Shown piece by piece: positions 32,804 to 38,416 of a stretch of DNA of 38,416 nt. Each line of letters begins with the position of its first letter. Position 1 is the stretch's first letter. The stretch covers positions 1-38,416 of the forward strand of contig CAXRFY010000125.1 in assembly GCA_964229925.1 (NCBI GenBank). The letters run 5' to 3'. Origin of the DNA: Schleiferiaceae bacterium (GTDB lineage: Bacteria; Bacteroidota; Bacteroidia; Flavobacteriales; Schleiferiaceae). The position numbers and the translations under genes are program-made. The notes beneath the pieces were generated by a model, which was not told the origin of the DNA, ran no database searches, and saw only the letters and a program-made list of their open reading frames with translations.

Positions 32804-33361
32804 ATGGCAAAAAAATCTAAACACCAGCACGAGGCCGAAGAGCCCATTTTGGACGAGAACGCAGCAACCGCTGAGACCGCTGAGGCCGCTGAGACGGAGG
32901 CCCCTGAGGTGGCTGCGGACCCCGCTGAGGAAATCCAAGCCCTGAAGGACCAGAACCTGCGCCTGTATGCCGAATTTGAAAACTTCCGTCGCCGCAATGC
33001 ACGTGAGCGTTTGGACCTCATGGCGACCGCGAACGAAAAGGTCATCAAGGCCATTCTGCCCGTGGTAGACGACTTTGAGCGCGCCTTGAAGAACATCCCA
33101 GCGGATTCTGCTGAACGTGTGGGCCTTGAGCTCATCTACACCAAACTCCTGAACACCTTGAAAGCCGAAGGCCTCAAGGAAATGGACAATGCTACAGGTC
33201 AGGCATTTGACGTGGAAACGATGGAAGCCATCACCAACATCCCCGCCCCTAGTCCCGAATTAGCCGGAAAGGTGGTCGATCAAATCGAGAAGGGGTACAA
33301 ATTGGGCGAGAAAATTATCCGCTATGCCAAAGTGGTAGTGGGCGAATCCCTTGCCTCCTAA
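32804..33361 (+). CDS. grpE: nucleotide exchange factor GrpE
   Basis: 185 aa. An acidic N-terminal tail precedes the GrpE core (LRLYAEFENFRRR..RE, LPV.DDFERAL, G.ELIY.KL...L...GL, FD...MEAI, KGYKLG.K.IR.AKVVV). Confidence 0.95.
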   Translation: MAKKSKHQHEAEEPILDENAATAETAEAAETEAPEVAADPAEEIQALKDQNLRLYAEFENFRRRNARERLDLMATANEKVIKAILPVVDDFERALKNIPADSAERVGLELIYTKLLNTLKAEGLKEMDNATGQAFDVETMEAITNIPAPSPELAGKVVDQIEKGYKLGEKIIRYAKVVVGESLAS

Positions 33362-33364
33362 GCC

Positions 33365-34474
33365 ATGGCTAAACGCGACTACTATGAAGTTTTAGGCGTA
33401 TCCAAGTCCGCCTCTGCCGACGAAATCAAGAAGGCCTACCGCAAGCTGGCTATTCAATACCACCCCGACAAGAATCCCGGGGACGCTGAAGCAGAAGACA
33501 AGTTCAAAGAAGCTGCAGAGGCCTACGAGGTCCTCTCCAACGCAGAAAAGAAGCAGAAATACGACCAGTTTGGCCACCAAGCCTTCGGCGCCGGAAGCGG
33601 CGGCTTTGGCGGCGGCATGAACATGGACGACATCTTCAGCCACTTTGGGGACATTTTCGGCGGCGGTGGCTTTGGCGGTTTTGGCGGCGGTGGCCGTGGC
33701 GGAGCCGCGCGCGGTGCCAACCTCCGAGTTCGCGTTAAACTCACGCTCGAGGACATCGCCAACGGCGTTGAAAAGAAAATTAAAATCCGCCGCGCGGTAC
33801 CCGCCGACGGCTTGACGTTTAAGACCTGTACGGTCTGTAACGGCTCCGGTCAAATCACCCGCGTCCAAAACACCATCCTTGGTCAGATGCGCACCGCCTC
33901 TGCCTGCCACGGGTGCAATGGTTCCGGCAAGATGATTGACAAGCGTCCCGATGGCGTCGGAGCCGATGGCCTAGAACGCGTGGACGAAGTCGTAAGCGTG
34001 AAGATCCCGGCAGGCGTTCAGGACGGCATGCAACTTCGCGTGGGCGGCAAGGGCAACCACGGTCCCGTAGGCGGGCCGGCGGGGGACCTCATCGTTTCCA
34101 TCGAAGAGGAAGCCCATTCGGAACTCGTTCGTGAGGGCCAAAACCTGCACTACGACCTCTACGTCTCCTTCCCAGACTGCGCATTAGGCACCACGGTGGA
34201 AATCCCCACCATCCAAGGGAAAGCCCGCATGAAGATTGACGCAGGCACCCAAAGCGGAAAGACCTTGCGCTTGAAAGGCAAAGGCCTCCCCAGCGTCGAG
34301 GGCTATGGCACGGGAGACTTGCTGGTGCACGTGTCTGTTTGGACGCCTAAGTCTGTGACGAGCGAAGAAAAAGCCATGCTCGAAAAACTGCAGGAAAGTG
34401 CCAACTTCCAGCCCAATCCAGGCAAATCGGACAAGGGTTTCTTTGACCGCGTCAGAGATATGTTCAACGGCTAA
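33365..34474 (+). CDS. dnaJ: molecular chaperone DnaJ (type I-like, but with only two of the four CxxCxGxG motifs)
   Basis: 369 aa. J domain ([33 protein letters not shown]), G/F region, CTVCNGSG and CHGCNGSG motifs, C-terminal substrate-binding domains. Confidence 0.95.
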   Translation: MAKRDYYEVLGVSKSASADEIKKAYRKLAIQYHPDKNPGDAEAEDKFKEAAEAYEVLSNAEKKQKYDQFGHQAFGAGSGGFGGGMNMDDIFSHFGDIFGGGGFGGFGGGGRGGAARGANLRVRVKLTLEDIANGVEKKIKIRRAVPADGLTFKTCTVCNGSGQITRVQNTILGQMRTASACHGCNGSGKMIDKRPDGVGADGLERVDEVVSVKIPAGVQDGMQLRVGGKGNHGPVGGPAGDLIVSIEEEAHSELVREGQNLHYDLYVSFPDCALGTTVEIPTIQGKARMKIDAGTQSGKTLRLKGKGLPSVEGYGTGDLLVHVSVWTPKSVTSEEKAMLEKLQESANFQPNPGKSDKGFFDRVRDMFNG

Positions 34475-34519
34475 TCCGTGTGCGTCTCACGTAGTTCCGA
34501 TTGAACCACGATCTAAAGC

Positions 34520-34553
34520 AAAAAGCCCCGGCCTTTCGGCCGGGGCTTTTTTT
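34520..34553. terminator. bidirectional rho-independent terminator between convergent dnaJ and the T9SS cargo gene
   Basis: aaaaaGCCCCGGCC-tttc-GGCCGGGGCttttttt: a perfect 9-bp GC stem (34525-33 / 34538-46) flanked by A5 and T7. Confidence 0.9.
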
Positions 34554-34574
34554 ATGCTTGTCGAAAGACGTGCC

Positions 34575-36476
34575 TTAACGCACGATGGTCACCGGACCGC
34601 CGTAGCGCAGTTCTTTGCCGCAATGCAGCAAGATGTAGTAGGTGCCAGGAGGCAAGGGATTGCCATTCGCATTGGTGCCGCCCCAGGTGTCGTCATAATT
34701 ATCCTGCAGGTAGACCTGGCCGCCCCACCGGTTAAGTACGCGGAGGGTGCACTGGTCGCCGAAGGAAACCTCGGAAAGGTCTAAGACATCGTTCATACCA
34801 TCGCCATTGGGGGTCATGGCATTCTGAACGTTGGAGAGGTCGGGGTCCGTTTGGTCCGGTAAGTAGTAGACAAAGACCGTATCGATGCCTTGGCAACCGA
34901 CCGAATTGGTCACAATCGCATAGAAGGTGGTCGAATCTTGGTACGTCCATGCCTGCGGATCTTGCTGGCGGTAGTTGTTGAAATACACGGGCTTATCTGC
35001 AAACCAGCGGTAGGCCGCTCCAGCCGTCACATTAAGGTAGGCCGTATCACCGCGTGCGATGGCCGTATCGTTACCCGCAAATACGGGCAAGGACCACTGC
35101 ACCACATCTACGGTATCGTAGGTCGTGTCGGGACAGGTCTTGGAATAAACAATGAGCTGTACCGGGTACTTACCGGGCTGTGACCAGCTTACGTGCTGCA
35201 CCGTGTCGCCGGTAGCTCCATAGACGTTGGCTAAGTTGCCGAAGTCCCATGAGAAGGTCGCATCGTGAGGGGTTGTACCGCTGGCATAGAACATCAGGTC
35301 CTGCGCTTCAAAGCAGCTCTGGCCATCGTACTGGATGACGTAGTCAGGCGCATCGTAGATATGGAAGCTCTCGTAAACGGTATCCGTGCATACCAGACCG
35401 GGGTTGATCACCAGCATCACCGTGTAGGCCCCTGTGTCGGGATAGGTCCAGGAAGGTGATGGCGAAGAGCTGGTATCTTGGGTGGTCGTGGTATCCCCGA
35501 AATCCCAATAGTAGCTGATAGCTCCGGATGTTTGTGCCTGGAAAGGCATCGTACGACCGCCGCAAAGCAAGCTGGGCTTTTCCATTTGGGTCAACATGTC
35601 GGCCACGACGTTGCTCACACAGTTGGTGATGTTGAACTGGTAGTCGCGACGCACGGTGGATTGGAACACCCCATTTCGGTATTCGCTCACACAGATGCCC
35701 ACCACAAACTGCCCGGTGGTATTGGCCGAACCCGTGATGTAGCCGGTATTGGGATCAATCGTCAAGGCAGGGTTGCCTGGAACGGGAGCGCTACTCGTTT
35801 GGGGTGCAATAAATGGAATGGTTGAATACGGAGGTGCAGCAGCCGGATTGGGGGAGGCATTGCCGCTTGATCCCCCATTGAGGATGTCGCAGAATTCGTA
35901 ATAGAGGGAGTCACCGTCTGCATCCGTGGCCGAAGCATTGATGTTTTGGAGGTCGTTCAAGCACAATACGATGGGCGGTACGGTGGTGAATTCAGGAGAA
36001 TTGTTGCAGTTGTCCATCGATGGAATCTGCACCGTGTACGTATTGCCCTTGCCGCTCGCCGAGATGTTGGAGATGGTCGCATTTCGGCAGCAGCGCTGGT
36101 AGGAAATTGTATATCCACCCACTCGTGCTGGCAAATTCATCGTGTGCACGTAATCCGCATACTCCGTACAAATGTTTGGAGGCGTGGTCAAACAGGGATT
36201 CCCCGTGCCAGCTGGAACGCTGACCGTAGGGCCTTTATTGACCGTGGGATTGTACAATTGTGCGCCTGTATTGTCAAATATGGTGAAGGTCACCGTATTG
36301 TCAAACTGGGCTCCTCCGCTGTTGCAATCGCGGTAAATGCGAAGCTTGATGGTGTAGTTGTTACCTCCGTTGCAGGTATAGGTAATCTCCCCTCCCACAA
36401 GGTGGGCTGCATGGGCACTTCCCGCCGAAAGCAGCAGGAAGAGTCCCAGGATCCACGATGTAAAGCGTCGCTGCAT
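34575..36476 (-). CDS. secreted multidomain protein with T9SS type-B C-terminal sorting domain (gliding motility-associated CTD): signal peptide, Cys-rich N-module, cadherin/He_PIG-like segment, two PKD-like domains, CTD
   Basis: 633 aa. Signal peptide (...LLLSAGSAHA|AHLVGGEITY). PKD signatures (YYWDFGDTT..., FSWDFGN...). C-terminal MTPNGDGMNDVLDL...LNRWGGQVY...WGGTNANGNPLPPGTYYILL...GPVTIVR matches the TIGR04131-type pattern. The ATG overlaps the stop of the upstream porP/sprF-like gene (TAATG). Confidence 0.9.
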   Translation of the reverse strand: MQRRFTSWILGLFLLLSAGSAHAAHLVGGEITYTCNGGNNYTIKLRIYRDCNSGGAQFDNTVTFTIFDNTGAQLYNPTVNKGPTVSVPAGTGNPCLTTPPNICTEYADYVHTMNLPARVGGYTISYQRCCRNATISNISASGKGNTYTVQIPSMDNCNNSPEFTTVPPIVLCLNDLQNINASATDADGDSLYYEFCDILNGGSSGNASPNPAAAPPYSTIPFIAPQTSSAPVPGNPALTIDPNTGYITGSANTTGQFVVGICVSEYRNGVFQSTVRRDYQFNITNCVSNVVADMLTQMEKPSLLCGGRTMPFQAQTSGAISYYWDFGDTTTTQDTSSSPSPSWTYPDTGAYTVMLVINPGLVCTDTVYESFHIYDAPDYVIQYDGQSCFEAQDLMFYASGTTPHDATFSWDFGNLANVYGATGDTVQHVSWSQPGKYPVQLIVYSKTCPDTTYDTVDVVQWSLPVFAGNDTAIARGDTAYLNVTAGAAYRWFADKPVYFNNYRQQDPQAWTYQDSTTFYAIVTNSVGCQGIDTVFVYYLPDQTDPDLSNVQNAMTPNGDGMNDVLDLSEVSFGDQCTLRVLNRWGGQVYLQDNYDDTWGGTNANGNPLPPGTYYILLHCGKELRYGGPVTIVR

Positions 36477-37975
36477 TATTCGACGACTTTAATCCAAAGC
36501 TTGCCGCTGTACTGACCGTTCAAACCGGAGCTCTTCGCACGATCCGCCTCTTCGTAGCTGCGGAACTTCAACAGGTACACGTAGTACATGTTGTTGCGGC
36601 TATCGCGGAAGACCTTTGCGTTGATACCCTTTTTAGACAGGCTATTTGCCATTCGGTCCGCGTTGCCCGCCTCGCCGTATACGCCAGCCGTCACATAGTA
36701 CCCAGGAGAACCGGGAGCCACGTTGTTGGCATACTCTTCGTTGCGGTAGCCGCGAATGTTGCCTGCAGCATTGGGATCGTTGCCGGTGTTCCACGAACCG
36801 CCTTGGCCGTTGTCTTGGTTCCAACCGCCGTTTTGACCGTTGTTACCGCCATTTGCATTGCCGCCATTGCCGCGGAGGCCGCCATTTTGAGCGCCTGCCT
36901 CCTGGAGCTGCAATCCTTCTGCCTTGAGGGCTTCTTTTTGCTTCTCAAGCTCAGCCGCTTGCGCTGCGCCCATCTCTTCTTTGAATTCCTCGAAGCGCTC
37001 GTTGAGCAACTTCTCGGTCTCTTGAGCGGAACTACGTTGCTTGTCTTTCAAGCGCTTGATTTCGGCCTCCAAACGTTCGTTGCGCTTGTTGTCGCCAAAC
37101 TTGTAGGACAAGATGAACTCATTGGACATTCCCAAATAGGACGCGTACGTGTTTGTGCTAAACTCATGTGCGTAGCCCAATGAAAGGACGGGCGTCAAGT
37201 GCACGCCTACATTCATGGTTGCTGCATAGTTGGAGCGGTACATCGCGCCGATGTAGCCGTATTCCTTCATGTCGAACATCAAACCGGCATCCACCTGAGG
37301 CTTCACAAAGGCCGCAGCGCGTACCGTCACCATGGGCGAGAGTACCATTCGGTCCTTTTGCACTTTGATATCGTACTGCGTGCGTGCCACGTAGTGACGA
37401 ATCAAATGGTACGCCACAGGGCCATCGTAGTTGTTGCTGTACGTAATCGTCGGATTGAGCAATTGAGGCACGCTGACACCCAAGTTGAAATCCGCCACGC
37501 GCAGATTCAAGCCCAAGGTCATATCCAAGGTGCCGTTTTGATTGGCCGGAATCAAGAAGGGGTCGCCCAGATTCTTGACGCGGACCGAAGCCATATCGAA
37601 CGAGTTGTTCACGTAGCCTGCACCTACGCCGAAGCTCAAAACAGAGGTCTCAGAAAGCTGTGCATGGTAGGCGTAGTTGCCATAAATACCCGAACGGCTC
37701 ACAATGTCCGTCTTGTCCGTGTAGGCGTACACGGAGTAGCCAATGCGTTCCTTGTTGAGCGCACCATTGAACACCAAAGCAGATGTCTCAGGCGCACCTT
37801 CCATGCCCTGCCACTGCTGGCGGTGCATGGTGGTCAATTCGCTAAAACCGTCCGCACCCGAAACGGCGGGGTTGGTCATTTGGGGGGCGAAAAAATAGTT
37901 GGCATACAAGGGAAGCTGTTGAGCTTGAGCCATAAAAGCTCCCGAGATTAAGGCCAGAACGAGCGTCTTTTTCAT
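36476..37975 (-). CDS. PorP/SprF-family T9SS outer-membrane protein fused to a coiled-coil, a G/N-rich linker and a SPOR-like C-terminal domain
   Basis: 499 aa. Signal peptide, then the PorP/SprF N-terminal signature (AQQLPLYANYFFAPQMTNPAVSG....L...HRQQWQGMEGAPETS) and a beta-barrel-like alternating pattern to about residue 293. Residues 297-360 are a charged heptad-rich segment. Residues 361-405 are G/N-rich. Residues 424-499 read GYYVTAGVYGEAGNADRMANSLSKKGINAKVF....YYVYLLKFRSYEEADRA, which is SPOR-like. Confidence 0.85.
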   Translation of the reverse strand: MKKTLVLALISGAFMAQAQQLPLYANYFFAPQMTNPAVSGADGFSELTTMHRQQWQGMEGAPETSALVFNGALNKERIGYSVYAYTDKTDIVSRSGIYGNYAYHAQLSETSVLSFGVGAGYVNNSFDMASVRVKNLGDPFLIPANQNGTLDMTLGLNLRVADFNLGVSVPQLLNPTITYSNNYDGPVAYHLIRHYVARTQYDIKVQKDRMVLSPMVTVRAAAFVKPQVDAGLMFDMKEYGYIGAMYRSNYAATMNVGVHLTPVLSLGYAHEFSTNTYASYLGMSNEFILSYKFGDNKRNERLEAEIKRLKDKQRSSAQETEKLLNERFEEFKEEMGAAQAAELEKQKEALKAEGLQLQEAGAQNGGLRGNGGNANGGNNGQNGGWNQDNGQGGSWNTGNDPNAAGNIRGYRNEEYANNVAPGSPGYYVTAGVYGEAGNADRMANSLSKKGINAKVFRDSRNNMYYVYLLKFRSYEEADRAKSSGLNGQYSGKLWIKVVE

Positions 37976-37984
37976 AACGGACGA

Positions 37985-38416
37985 TTAATTGCGAATTACA
38001 GTAATGGCGCCGCGGTAACGGGGTTCTCCGTTGCAAAGCAGCAAATAGTAGTAGGTTCCATCGGGAAGGGGATCTCCACCCGTGTTGGTGCCGTCCCATC
38101 CGGTGATGTAACGAGGTTCTTCGTACACACGGGAACCCCAACGGTCCAAGATGACGAGGTCACACGAATCGGCTTGAACCACTTCGGACAAGTCAAAGAC
38201 ATCGTTGAAGCCGTCGCCGTTTGGCGTGATAACGTTCATCACATTGGTCAAATTGGGCAACAAGGTGGCAGGATCAAACTGAACCACCATCATGGAATCA
38301 ATGCCCCAACAGCCCAAGGCACTGCGCACCTCCACAAAGTACCACGTGGTATCGCTGGTGGGGCGGGTCTGTGCATTTGGATTGTAAGGATCGCTGAAGT
38401 ACGCAGGCTTGTCCGC
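37985..38416 (-). CDS. C-terminal part of a second T9SS type-B CTD protein (5' end lies beyond the window)
   Basis: The frame stays open to base 38416; hand translation upstream of the track's GTG gives ADKPAYFSDPYNPNAQTRPTSDTTWYFVEVRS.... The C-terminus ITPNGDGFNDVFDL...LDRWGSRVY...WDGTNTGGDPLPDGTYYYLL...GAITVIRN is paralogous to the last roughly 140 aa of the 34575-36476 product. Confidence 0.88.
   Translation of the reverse strand, partial: ADKPAYFSDPYNPNAQTRPTSDTTWYFVEVRSALGCWGIDSMMVVQFDPATLLPNLTNVMNVITPNGDGFNDVFDLSEVVQADSCDLVILDRWGSRVYEEPRYITGWDGTNTGGDPLPDGTYYYLLLCNGEPRYRGAITVIRN

Noticed and set aside
36780-36900. Repetitive-looking nucleotide stretch (ccgccatt / gccgtt units)
   Set aside because: It is the coding sequence of the G/N-rich linker of the PorP/SprF-like protein. 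It is in frame and shows no spacer-repeat periodicity. It is not a CRISPR array or a satellite.

Overview
The window is about 95% coding and looks like a Bacteroidota chromosome segment. Supporting this: type IX secretion (T9SS) genes, a TTG-N19-TAnnTTTG promoter, A-rich rather than Shine-Dalgarno translation starts, rpsL-rpsG-fusA-rpsJ with no tuf, and a DUF4290-murA pair. GC is moderately high by eye (not computed). Finer taxonomy cannot be determined from this sequence.

Layout, left to right:
- (+) gpmI (5'-truncated by the window edge), map and a SAM-methyltransferase, chained by ATGA overlaps.
- (-) a Nif3-like gene and a DUF164-like gene as a pair.
- (-) rpsA.
- (-) carA-eno-gltA, tightly packed.
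- (-) one uninterrupted 32-gene, 16.8-kb str-S10-spc-alpha ribosomal super-operon (rpsL to rplQ).
- (+) a UvrD/PcrA-like helicase, DUF4290, murA and a TlpA-like thioredoxin.
- (+) grpE-dnaJ.
- (-) at the right end, a T9SS module: a type-B CTD cargo gene (partial), a PorP/SprF-like gene, and a second type-B CTD cargo gene.

Six rho-independent terminators delimit these units. I found no tRNA, rRNA, CRISPR array, transposase, integrase or recognisable defence gene. Most of the window is ordinary core genome.

Three things are worth a second look:
1. The PorP/SprF outer-membrane protein carries a roughly 200-aa coiled-coil, G/N-rich and SPOR-like C-terminal extension, and sits between two paralogous type-B cargo genes.
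2. Three unrelated proteins (DnaJ, the DUF164-like protein, the methyltransferase) have lost canonical Cys4 zinc sites.
3. Translationally coupled pairs involving genes of unknown function (map-methyltransferase, helicase-DUF4290).

I cannot show from sequence alone that any of these is a new system. The tests are listed with each finding.
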